Shown: positions 8,531 to 16,617 of the stretch, in pieces | How the letters are laid out: each line of letters starts with the position of its first letter | Numbering within the stretch: the stretch's first letter is position 1 | Source: a virus | Lineage: Duplodnaviria; Caudoviricetes | Strand: one strand, 5' to 3' | DNA length: 56,024 nt | IMG/VR virus record: IMGVR_UViG_3300013767_000202 | Location: 1 to 56,024 of that record | Notes under the pieces: generated by a model | What the model saw: the letters and a program-made list of their open reading frames with translations, nothing else | Told to the model about the DNA's origin: nothing | Databases searched by the model: none | Translations under genes and position numbers: made by a program

Positions 8531-9007
8531 TTAGCGAATTGGAAGGCTGCGGACGGGGCGCACGAGGCGCTCGTAGAACTTGTCGACGTAGCCGAGCCAG
8601 CCATCCTCAAAGTCCATGACGTAGGCGTAGTGGGCTGAGTACTGCGTGCTCAGCCAATGCCAGCGATCCTCGCGGAGGGTGATCAGGCCTTCCTGCTTGG
8701 CGGTCATCATGAGTGCCGCCTCCAGGCAAGAGGGGATATGCGCGCCAAGCTCAAGTGCCTTGATGGCGATCTGGCTACCAGCCTCGGCCATGGCGCGGGT
8801 GTTCGCGGCGCCGTCGCTGTAGCTTTTTGCGCCGGCGATGTCTTCGCCATACTCACCCCAGGCCACAGAAAACTCGATATCTGGGAGGATCAGGGCATGC
8901 TCTTGGCTACCCAGCCAGTAGCGTGCGAAGAAGGTTCCGCCGGCGAGCGGCTGTCCACGCTCTGGGAGTTCGGCGGCGGCAACGGATTGTTGTGCATGTT
9001 GAGTCAT
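8531..9007 (-). CDS. DGR target protein 2 (DUF1566-like/CLec fold)
   Basis: C-terminal VR2; DGAANT motif, WHWLSTQYS...RLVRPVRS. Confidence 0.88.
   Translation of the reverse strand: MTQHAQQSVAAAELPERGQPLAGGTFFARYWLGSQEHALILPDIEFSVAWGEYGEDIAGAKSYSDGAANTRAMAEAGSQIAIKALELGAHIPSCLEAALMMTAKQEGLITLREDRWHWLSTQYSAHYAYVMDFEDGWLGYVDKFYERLVRPVRSLPIR
8547..8646 (-). repeat. DGR variable repeat VR2
   Basis: 100 nt aligned to TR 7138-7237, 11 mismatches, all at TR adenines. Confidence 0.95.
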
Positions 9008-9110
9008 GGTTTTCTCCTGGTGTGCGCCGCCCTCCGTGACCGGTGGTGGCAATTTGGTTTGGGTTGGGGTATTTGTGTTCGGCCCGGCATGGAGCCGGAA
9101 GGAGATGCAG

Positions 9111-9362
9111 ATGGTTGATTACACAAAAGGTCGATACAACGTCTTTGCGAGTCGTGGCCCAACCAGCATTATTGTCGGCCGTATAGACGAAGATGAGTTC
9201 GTTCGAAACGACTCTGGAAAATTGCTTTACCGCATAGATGATGATGAGTTTTATGCAGTGGATGGTGGTGCGTACATCGGCCGAATTGAGTCATCAGCTG
9301 ATGGGCGAGCTATGGTTCTTGACCGAAGCCACAATGCTCTTTTCACCATCGTTCCTGAATGA
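9111..9362 (+). CDS. Hypothetical moron protein
   Basis: 83 aa on the opposite strand, AAGGAG RBS. Confidence 0.55.
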   Translation: MVDYTKGRYNVFASRGPTSIIVGRIDEDEFVRNDSGKLLYRIDDDEFYAVDGGAYIGRIESSADGRAMVLDRSHNALFTIVPE

Positions 9363-9371
9363 CGTCATGGC

Positions 9372-9755
9372 TTATTTCGGAATGTCTATTTCGTCGTCAG
9401 GCTCTGGTGGATCGTCGGTGAGCGACTTGATGCCGGCGGCCTGAATGATGCGCGACACCTTTTCAGTAACAGCAAAAGGTGTCGTGACACATCGAAGCAT
9501 TGAGGACTGCGTTTCGAAGTCGGCGGCGATCAGGTTCATCAGCAACAGTTGGTGAACCTCCTGCTGATTGTTGATGCCGTGGGCCTTCATGACCCGCTTG
9601 AGGTCGGGCTTGAACACGCCGGCGACCTCAACCGTAAACTTCTCGACGCCCAATGCAGCGTTCTTGTTTGCCGCCTTCTCGCGCTTCTTGCGCTGTTTTA
9701 TGGCCTCCGCTGTCAGTTGCGGCTCTTCCGGCGTCAGCACCTGTTCTTCGGCCAT
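9372..9755 (-). CDS. Hypothetical phage protein
   Basis: 127 aa, GAGG RBS. Confidence 0.65.
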   Translation of the reverse strand: MAEEQVLTPEEPQLTAEAIKQRKKREKAANKNAALGVEKFTVEVAGVFKPDLKRVMKAHGINNQQEVHQLLLMNLIAADFETQSSMLRCVTTPFAVTEKVSRIIQAAGIKSLTDDPPEPDDEIDIPK

Positions 9756-9836
9756 GGCCTACCTCTTCAATTCCGCTGGCCGGCAAGTCCAGCCAGGTCT
9801 GTCGGCGGCGCGTGGCCGCCCGGTTGGTGGTTCGTT

Positions 9837-10301
9837 TCACGCTGCAACCTTCACCTGATTCCAGGCACCGGCGGCGTAGAACAGCTTTGCGGCCTGCGCC
9901 TCTTCCAGCGTGATCTCGGCAGGAACGGCGATCCACCCTGAAGCGAGTATGTGGTTCGGGTTGCAGCCGTTGCGCAGCCCCAGGTAGTAATGCTCGATCG
10001 CGTCGGTCAGGCGCTCGACCTTGTACATGCCCTGCGGTGAGATCTCCGTGGACTTCAGGTACTCGGTGCCCATCTCATCGCGGCACATGGCGGCGATGTA
10101 GATCGTCCAGTGATAGGAGAAGTCGAACAGGGCGTTGGCGATCGCCAGACTCCGGATCTGCCGGCAGTTCTTCCAGTTCACCATGATCTGGGAGCCGCTC
10201 GGGTCGATGTTCACGACCGCGACATGATTGGTGCTGAGAAGCGCCCGGCAACTACGCTCGGCCCGGGCGAAACCGTTGTTGGGTTTGCGTTTCGATTTCA
10301 T
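9837..10301 (-). CDS. Conserved Pseudomonas phage hypothetical protein
   Basis: 154 aa, coupled in operon. Confidence 0.65.
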   Translation of the reverse strand: MKSKRKPNNGFARAERSCRALLSTNHVAVVNIDPSGSQIMVNWKNCRQIRSLAIANALFDFSYHWTIYIAAMCRDEMGTEYLKSTEISPQGMYKVERLTDAIEHYYLGLRNGCNPNHILASGWIAVPAEITLEEAQAAKLFYAAGAWNQVKVAA

Positions 10302-10540
10302 AGCGAGTTCGCCATTTTGCGCAGTGCCTTGCGGTCGGCAGCCGATATCGGCTTCGGGCGCCGCTTGAGGACCGTTTCAGGGTCTATCTTGCTCGAGCGC
10401 TTGGCGGGTTCTGGATTCAACGGCGGACTTTCGAGTTGTTCGATTTTCCCGTTGGCGGCCAAGTATTGGGCGATCTGGTCGGAAAGGGCGGCAGCAGCAC
10501 CACGCCGCTGCTCGACCAGGTTGAGGTGGTTGCTGATCAT
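10298..10540 (-). CDS. Hypothetical phage protein
   Basis: MISNHLNLVEQ start after GAGG; coupled. Confidence 0.6.
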   Translation of the reverse strand: MISNHLNLVEQRRGAAAALSDQIAQYLAANGKIEQLESPPLNPEPAKRSSKIDPETVLKRRPKPISAADRKALRKMANSL

Positions 10541-10547
10541 GCTGACC

Positions 10548-11111
10548 TCACTTGATCCGGATCGAGCTTTCGCCGCGCTCAAGGTGAGCCCAGGCCGGTT
10601 CCGGTAGCAGTTCATGCTCCGCGTCTTCGCCGGCTTCGATGCGCTTGCGCACAGCTTCGTTGTGATCACGGATTTCCTTGAGCCGGACGGCGATGACTTT
10701 TTTGTCGGGTGTGATCACGCTCTTCACTGAGACAAACTCGTCGGGTACGGCTTGTTCGTTGTCGACGATCACTTTCTCGGGCGAGAGCGCGAGTGTGATA
10801 GTGAACAGTGGCCGCTTGATCGACTTGATGTCTGCGGCCTCCATGTTTCGGCGAAGGTAATCGGTGAGCTGGCCCACGGTGTTTTTCTTGATGCGCTTGA
10901 GTTCGTTGAGGCGGTCGACCTCCTTGTCGATGGCGTCGATATCACCTTCGATGTTGCGGCGCAGCATGACGACGTTATCGGCCTTCACTTCGAACTCGCC
11001 CTTGATGCCATCCATGGTGTCTTGGATAGCTTGGCGTAGGCCTTCGTCGTCGGTGTCAGCAAGCACCGCGAGTTCGGCCATCTGCGCATTAAGTTTGTAG
11101 AGGTCAGTCAT
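10548..11111 (-). CDS. Siphovirus Gp157-family protein
   Basis: MTDLYKL...DTMDGIKGEFEVKA...IPDEF-like, PDKK..I, AHLERGESSIRIK pattern. Confidence 0.8.
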   Translation of the reverse strand: MTDLYKLNAQMAELAVLADTDDEGLRQAIQDTMDGIKGEFEVKADNVVMLRRNIEGDIDAIDKEVDRLNELKRIKKNTVGQLTDYLRRNMEAADIKSIKRPLFTITLALSPEKVIVDNEQAVPDEFVSVKSVITPDKKVIAVRLKEIRDHNEAVRKRIEAGEDAEHELLPEPAWAHLERGESSIRIK

Positions 11112-11857
11112 GCAGCACCTTCCATAGCGTCTTCCAAGTCTGCTTTGCGAGCATCCTTGGCGCGAGTGAACTTGAGTTTGTGGGCCGCGCAATCTGGATC
11201 GGTTTTGCGCAAGTCCAGCTTGCGCATTGCCGACTTGTAGAGCTGTTCCAGCTCATTGAGCGACTGCGCGGTACCAATCAGATGGAGCGTCTCGGCCCGC
11301 CACTCGCGATACTCGGCAGCCAGGCGCTCCTTCGCTTCGATCTTGTCCTCGGCACGCTCAATCTCGGCTTCTCCCAGGCGTTCGTTGACGTAGTGAATGT
11401 CGTCATACAGACCCAGGCGAACGTCCGCGGAAAAGCCAAGTTGGCTCAGGCATTTGCCGATCGCGTCCGTGAGGGACTTCTTCGGTGCGTCGAAGTCGGT
11501 ACTGATGCTTCCGAATTTGTTCTGCGTAATGAACGGCGTGTGCCCGTAGTGGGTGATGGTCTTGCGCTCGCCGTCACCACCCAGGTACCACAGGGAGACC
11601 TTGAGCGTGTGCACCTGGGCGTTGGCCAGCACTGTTCCTTCCTTGTTTAGCAGCGGGCCACCGATGTCGAAGCGCTCTTCGATCACCTCATAACCCCAGC
11701 CAGTACCACATGGGCCGAACTGCTCTGTAGCGCGCTTGGCCAGGTACTGGGCATTAACCGCGGTGCCAGTGAAACCACCGAGGCCGATGTATTCCTTGGT
11801 GAATTTGGGATCGGTCTTTTCGACCTCTTCCCACAGGGCGAGGTTGGGTGTAGGCAT
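11108..11857 (-). CDS. Rad52/Sak-like single-strand annealing protein
   Basis: FGPCGTGWGY, DAPKKSLTDAIGKCLSQLGFSADV motifs; next to gp157. Confidence 0.65.
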   Translation of the reverse strand: MPTPNLALWEEVEKTDPKFTKEYIGLGGFTGTAVNAQYLAKRATEQFGPCGTGWGYEVIEERFDIGGPLLNKEGTVLANAQVHTLKVSLWYLGGDGERKTITHYGHTPFITQNKFGSISTDFDAPKKSLTDAIGKCLSQLGFSADVRLGLYDDIHYVNERLGEAEIERAEDKIEAKERLAAEYREWRAETLHLIGTAQSLNELEQLYKSAMRKLDLRKTDPDCAAHKLKFTRAKDARKADLEDAMEGAA

Positions 11858-11996
11858 GACTATCTCCCGCCGCGTAGGTACGCAGCTTTGAAAGATGAAG
11901 GTTATTGGGCGAGGTGATCAGAGAGAGTGCTGACCAGCATTGCGCATGTGTAGAGAACTAGGGGTGGGAAGGAGTCGCGCAGGTAGAAAAGGGCGA

Positions 11997-12170
11997 TCAC
12001 GACTCGACCAGCGACAGAAGCCGTTCGCCCAGGGCGATCCTGGCGCTAGCTTGCTCTTTCTTGATGCCTGTGGCTTGGGCCACTTCTGAAAGGGACAAAC
12101 CTTCGCGCCGTAGCTTCGCGCAGCGGATCGCCAGTTGCTGGCTGCGCTTGTGCGCGCCGGTGCCGCTCAT
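11997..12170 (-). CDS. Small HTH-like protein
   Basis: LRREGLSLSEVAQATGI; ATGA-coupled. Confidence 0.55.
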   Translation of the reverse strand: MSGTGAHKRSQQLAIRCAKLRREGLSLSEVAQATGIKKEQASARIALGERLLSLVES

Positions 12171-12616
12171 GCTGCATCCGCTTTGAGCTGTTCCGCTCTG
12201 TCTGCGGCTCGGTCGGCATCCAGTTCCTCGACGCGCGCTCGGCCGTACTCGTTGGCCCACGGCCTGATAAGCGCCTCGGCAACGTCGTGGAGCGCCGTGG
12301 GGTGCGTTTTGTTCTTTGGCTGCCCCAAGGCCTCGCAAGCCAGATCGAAGGTCTTGCCGTGCACCCGGCGTCCGTCTGCGATGACTTCACAGATCATTCG
12401 CTCAATCGGATATTCGCGGTTGTCGGTCAGCAGCGGGGCGATGTGTTCCTGGGCGCCCAGGTGCTCGGCCAGCGCCTCCCACAGCGATTGCGGAGTCACC
12501 AAAGCAACCGTCTTGCCGTGAGCTCGCGGCGCCGTGACGTTGTCACCGCAGATCAGCGAGTTGATTGCGTCATGGAGCCAGTCCGGCCCTTCAGCGGTGT
12601 CGAGGAAATCAGTCAT
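12167..12616 (-). CDS. Hypothetical phage protein
   Basis: 149 aa, AGGAG RBS. Confidence 0.65.
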   Translation of the reverse strand: MTDFLDTAEGPDWLHDAINSLICGDNVTAPRAHGKTVALVTPQSLWEALAEHLGAQEHIAPLLTDNREYPIERMICEVIADGRRVHGKTFDLACEALGQPKNKTHPTALHDVAEALIRPWANEYGRARVEELDADRAADRAEQLKADAA

Positions 12617-12619
12617 GGT

Positions 12620-12868
12620 CTACTCCTGGGATTCAAGCTTGCGCGCCAAAGCGCAGGCCTCGTTGTGATCGCGACGAAAGCCACGGGCTTTGCCGGTGCG
12701 ACCATCCACGACATGGAAGAAGGCCACACCTGCCGGCTTCACAACGAAGCGAGGCATCGCCACCGGTGATGGCCGGCCGATCAGTGCGTAGAGGTCTTCC
12801 GTAGCGATGCGAGAACGAAGACGTAGTGCTGCGCGTACTTCTTTGCCGAGCTGAACACTTGGGTGCAT
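12620..12868 (-). CDS. Hypothetical phage protein
   Basis: 82 aa, GGAG RBS. Confidence 0.65.
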   Translation of the reverse strand: MHPSVQLGKEVRAALRLRSRIATEDLYALIGRPSPVAMPRFVVKPAGVAFFHVVDGRTGKARGFRRDHNEACALARKLESQE

Positions 12869-13033
12869 GACTGTCTCCAGAGTGGCGTGGTGTTAATCCA
12901 ACAAAACTCGCAATGCACTCATCCGCTCCGCTGGTTGCCGCTGGGCGCGGAGGGGAGTGCATTCGCAGTTGTGTTGAAAAGGGTGGGTACCGGTCTTTCC
13001 CGGCTGTCAGGGGAAAAGCATTGAAGGAATGAA

Positions 13034-13515
13034 TTACTGAAGGAATCTGCGGACGGGCGCACGAGGCGCTCGTTGAGCTTGACGTCGTAGTTGAGCCAGC
13101 CACCCTCAAAGTCCATGCTGCAGGCGTAGTTGGCTGAGTACTGCGTGCTTGAAATGTAGTACCAATCCGTTGCGAACGACCCTGGGGCGTACTGCCAAGC
13201 GTGATGCAGTTCGCCGATGGATGCGAGATAGAAGTCGGCGTGGCTGTCGGCGGTGTAGCTGGCAGCGGCGATGGCTGCGGGGTGCTTACCTTCGCGGGCC
13301 AGCAGGATCGCAGTGTTCGCGCGACCATCAGCGCGGCTTTCGGCTTCGACCTTCACACCGTAATCGCCATAGGCGTGGCGCCCTGGAAGATCTTTCTCCG
13401 CAGCGATGACGTGGCAAAGGCCTTCTGGGTACTGGCGGAGACCGAGATAGATGCCACCCTGGCCCGGCCAAACTTCGCCGATGGCCGGCGGGGTGAGTTG
13501 CTGTTGTGCGTTCAT
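13034..13515 (-). CDS. Remote DGR target protein 3 (DUF1566-like); 1-nt deletion in VR extends the ORF to 12919
   Basis: Paralog of target 1 (PAIGEVWPGQGG, DG.ANT, HPAA, DFYL); restoring one C gives ...RPVRRFLQ* at 13034. Confidence 0.85.
13043..13145 (-). repeat. DGR variable repeat VR3
   Basis: Aligned to TR 7134-7237: 8 substitutions all at TR adenines plus one C deletion (CCCC to CCC). Confidence 0.93.
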
Positions 13516-13637
13516 CGGGAAGTCCTGTTTGAGAATGAAGGCCGCATGTGCGGGCACTGATCGCGGCGCGGACCAATTTCTGCAAGCTGGCCATGCTTCA
13601 CCGGCAGTTAACGACAGGCTGTCGCGGCGCTGGTTGT

Positions 13638-14423
13638 TCAGTCGTAGATGCCGTAGCTCAGGTCATCTGTGTCGCAGTCGATCAACAAAATGGCGTTGCC
13701 GAAGTACAGGGACGCCAACATACGCTCCCACTTCGAATACACCTGCATGTCGATGGCGATCTTCTTGTCGTCCAGTTTGGCGCTGTAGACCTCGCCAAAC
13801 GCCATGATCGGTTTCCAGCGGTCACCGGTTTCACGCTCGCCCTTGATGCTGACGTGCAGTGCGTGTTTCAGGCTGTAGTTGCTGCGCGCTGAAGACGAGT
13901 AATGGCTGCTCCGGTAACTGTCTTCCGGCTCTGGATCGAAGTAGATGTGGATCGTCTTGTGGGAATAGCTGCCGTCGCCTTCTTCGACGCGAATTTCTGG
14001 GCGCTCCCATCGGCCTTCGGCGGCGCTCTCTTTGTGGTGCTCCACGAACTCGTCGAGCAGTTTCTTCAACGAAACCTCGCCGGTCAGCAAGCCCTCACCG
14101 GTGAGCACATCAGCTATGGACTTTTCGGCGCGCTCCAAGATGAGCGAACCCATGGCTGCTTGTTCCCAGCGCTGGCTTAGGGCGTTGGCGACGAGGGCGT
14201 TGTAGCGCTGAAGCTCGAACATGTCGGTGACGTTGGCCGGCAGTGCAGACTTGACGGCTTCCTTTATTGCTCCGCCGAAGTCGCCGTAGGAACGAAAGGT
14301 GCCACTCACAACTTCTTTGAACAGCTTGTCGATGCCCTCGTCGATCAGTTCACGCGGGCGGTCGGACTGGGCGTATGCAGTGACGCGCTCGGCAAGTAGC
14401 GCTTGAAGGGTTTGTTCGCTCAT
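13638..14423 (-). CDS. Conserved hypothetical phage protein
   Basis: MSEQTLQALL start after GGAG; 261 aa. Confidence 0.7.
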   Translation of the reverse strand: MSEQTLQALLAERVTAYAQSDRPRELIDEGIDKLFKEVVSGTFRSYGDFGGAIKEAVKSALPANVTDMFELQRYNALVANALSQRWEQAAMGSLILERAEKSIADVLTGEGLLTGEVSLKKLLDEFVEHHKESAAEGRWERPEIRVEEGDGSYSHKTIHIYFDPEPEDSYRSSHYSSSARSNYSLKHALHVSIKGERETGDRWKPIMAFGEVYSAKLDDKKIAIDMQVYSKWERMLASLYFGNAILLIDCDTDDLSYGIYD

Positions 14424-14492
14424 TTGATGCTCCGTGCTTGATCGGTTGTTTTCCCAATGCACCCGTCACCAGGTGCATCAGTGAAAAGACCG

Positions 14493-14711
14493 TCATGCAG
14501 CTACGAGTGCAATCTGAGCCAGCAGCTCAGTCACAGCCTCGTCCGGGGTGCAGCCGTCGGCGTAGAGGTCGTGCAGGTCGCTTTCTTCCTGCGAGCCCAG
14601 GGCGACTTGGTGGCCGAGCAGTTGGGATGCCTGGTCGATCCAGCGGTAGTAGGTGCGCTCTTCAGCGTCGGTGCGGCATTCATCAGCCGCCATGGTTGCC
14701 ATGTTGAACAT
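14493..14711 (-). CDS. Hypothetical phage protein
   Basis: 72 aa, GGAGG RBS. Confidence 0.65.
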   Translation of the reverse strand: MFNMATMAADECRTDAEERTYYRWIDQASQLLGHQVALGSQEESDLHDLYADGCTPDEAVTELLAQIALVAA

Positions 14712-14776
14712 CGTGTTGCCCTCCGGTTGTCATCCCAAAGCCCGCTCATTGAGCGGGCTTCAGTGATGCTTTCCGT

Positions 14777-15160
14777 TCAGACAGTCAGTGCTGGACATTC
14801 AGCCCGGCGCACCACGCGCACCTGCATCGTGCGCCTATCCGGCACCCGTCGATCGCGCAGCATTGAGTCGCCATCGAGCATCGAGTGCATGGCAACCAGC
14901 GCGGCGAGAACGAAGCACGCCGGAGAAATGATCTGCCGCTTCATGGCCTCGGCCACAAGGGCAGTGCGGCGCGTGACGCCGAGCTTGAACATCGCGTTGG
15001 TAAGGCGATTTTTCACGCCGCCTGGCGTGATGCCCGACTCTCTGGCGATCTCTTTCGAGGTTAATCCCTGGGCAATCCAGAGAAGGAATTGAAGCTCTCG
15101 CGGCGCAAGACCACGTCCGAGGTGGCCCTTCCATGCGCCGTTGATGATTGTTGCTTCCAT
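14777..15160 (-). CDS. LuxR-type HTH transcriptional regulator
   Basis: LAPRELQFLLWIAQGLTSKEIARESGI...V...L..AMFKLGV..R. Confidence 0.85.
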   Translation of the reverse strand: MEATIINGAWKGHLGRGLAPRELQFLLWIAQGLTSKEIARESGITPGGVKNRLTNAMFKLGVTRRTALVAEAMKRQIISPACFVLAALVAMHSMLDGDSMLRDRRVPDRRTMQVRVVRRAECPALTV

Positions 15161-15702
15161 CGTTGTGACTCCCGGTTGGTTTCCCGCTGCACCCGGCAAG
15201 CCAGGTGCAATGGTGAAACGGTCGTTAAGTGCCCGGTCCCGCTACTGGCGTCGGACCGGGTTTGTTGCGTCAGCGATGTTGGCCAGTTGCCCGCCGCTGA
15301 TTGCAGGGCTGGCCGGTCGTCTTCGGTGGGGCCTCGAGCTTCCTCCCCGCAGCGTCAAACAGCATCTGTCCGCCTTGGATCACAGGTCCTTACAACATGC
15401 ACGCTACAGCTCTGTGTGCCCGGCTGGGTGAGGCAGGGTGCATGAGGTCCGGCACCCCTCATAGCCGAAGCTCGGGGCGCTAATTTTTGAATCTGTCTCG
15501 CTACGCTTATCTGGGTCATTCGCCAGTTCGGTATCCCTCGTCCGCCGCAGGTTCTCCCTGCGTTTCCTTCCAGCGCCCCAGTCACTCCCAGGGTGGTAGG
15601 TCAGATCGGATCGCCGGTCTCCAGTAGAGGCGTAGCGGCCAATCGTTAGGTTTTGTTGAGAGCCTTTGCATCGACCCTCCCTGTCCCTGCCGGACAGGAG
15701 GC

Positions 15703-15751
15703 CCCGCTGTTATTTCCGCAGCGGGAGCGTGTTTTGAATTTTTAAAGAGCG
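15703..15751 (-). promoter_or_regulatory. nutL-like site (boxA plus hairpin)
   Basis: CGCTCTTTAAAAA (boxA-like) followed by CCCGCTG..CAGCGGG hairpin, just downstream of pL. Confidence 0.55.
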
Positions 15752-15796
15752 GCGCGGCTTTCGCTGCTGGGCCGGTGATGTGCTGGCTTGGAATAA

Positions 15797-15838
15797 ACAA
15801 TACCAATGGCAATATTATTCGTCAATGCCAATGGCATT
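15797..15838 (-). promoter_or_regulatory. pL promoter with two CI operators (OL)
   Basis: TTGACG-N17-TATTGT on minus; AATGCCAATGGCATT (15824-15838) and AATACCAATGGCAAT match the OR palindromes. Confidence 0.8.
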
Positions 15839-15857
15839 ATTATTTTGGATGGGCATG

Positions 15858-15887
15858 AAAAAGCCCGCTCAGTGGCGGGCTTGTTTT
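15858..15887. terminator. Rho-independent terminator (bidirectional)
   Basis: AAAAAGCCCGC-tcagtg-GCGGGCTTgtttt. Confidence 0.7.
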
Positions 15888-15916
15888 GAATCGTGCTGCT
15901 GTGGTGAGCGCGCAGG

Positions 15917-16495
15917 CTAGAGCTTCCCAGCAGCATCCTGGATTTTTTCGCCGATGTCCTGGACAACCTTGGTTCTTGAGGCAAGGGTCCTCAGCGTGGC
16001 CGAACTGGTGTTGATATCGTCACTGTATTTTTCAATGGCTATTTCTATTTTTTTTCCTTGCCAGCGTAGATTTTCGTTGGTGAATGAGGCACCACCTTTA
16101 GTCTTTACTGATTCTGTCGTGCGCTTTGTTGGCTGACCATATTTGGTAATGAATAGCTGCACCAGCTGAAGGTAGTTTTCAGAATTCGTGGTCAGGTAGA
16201 AATAATCAACCGGCCCATTCTTCGCCATTACGGAAAGCCCGTAACCAATCCCGATGGATGGCGCACCCTTAGTGGAATAGAGGCCCTGATACGGAGTTCC
16301 TCGACACATATCCTTGGGGATCTCGTAACCCGCTGGACACTCTGGGACAGAGTAAACAAATTTTTGGTCAAATTTGACGCCCATAAAACTATCGGGCTCT
16401 TGAGCCCATGATGCTGGCTCGGCGGCTTTTTTGGCTGCGACTGCCGAAGTAGCCATGCAGGCGCCGAGCAGGAAAATTGCCATCTTTGACTTCAT
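15917..16495 (-). CDS. Exported protein (moron)
   Basis: Sec signal MKSKMAIFLLGACMATSAVA; in the cI-pL interval. Confidence 0.7.
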   Translation of the reverse strand: MKSKMAIFLLGACMATSAVAAKKAAEPASWAQEPDSFMGVKFDQKFVYSVPECPAGYEIPKDMCRGTPYQGLYSTKGAPSIGIGYGLSVMAKNGPVDYFYLTTNSENYLQLVQLFITKYGQPTKRTTESVKTKGGASFTNENLRWQGKKIEIAIEKYSDDINTSSATLRTLASRTKVVQDIGEKIQDAAGKL

Positions 16496-16583
16496 TGGAT
16501 CCCTCCCGTAATTGAGCCCGCACTTTACCATTCGTGGCGTACAGCCACCATTGGCGGGCTACGGATCAGATCGGGGAGGGCAG

Positions 16584-16612
16584 AAACAAGAAGCCCGGCT
16601 CTGGGCCGGGCT
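16584..16612 (-). terminator. Rho-independent terminator after methylase
   Basis: AGCCCGGC-ccaga-GCCGGGCT-tcttgttt. Confidence 0.6.
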
Positions 16613-16617
16613 AGGAG

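Noticed and set aside
7134-13145. Four ~100-nt repeats as a CRISPR array or simple duplication
   Set aside because: No spacer periodicity or cas genes; the mismatches are adenine-specific, which is diagnostic of DGR TR/VR.
13328-13594. 88-aa ORF overlapping target 3
   Set aside because: Mostly an out-of-frame overlap with target 3; no supporting motif.
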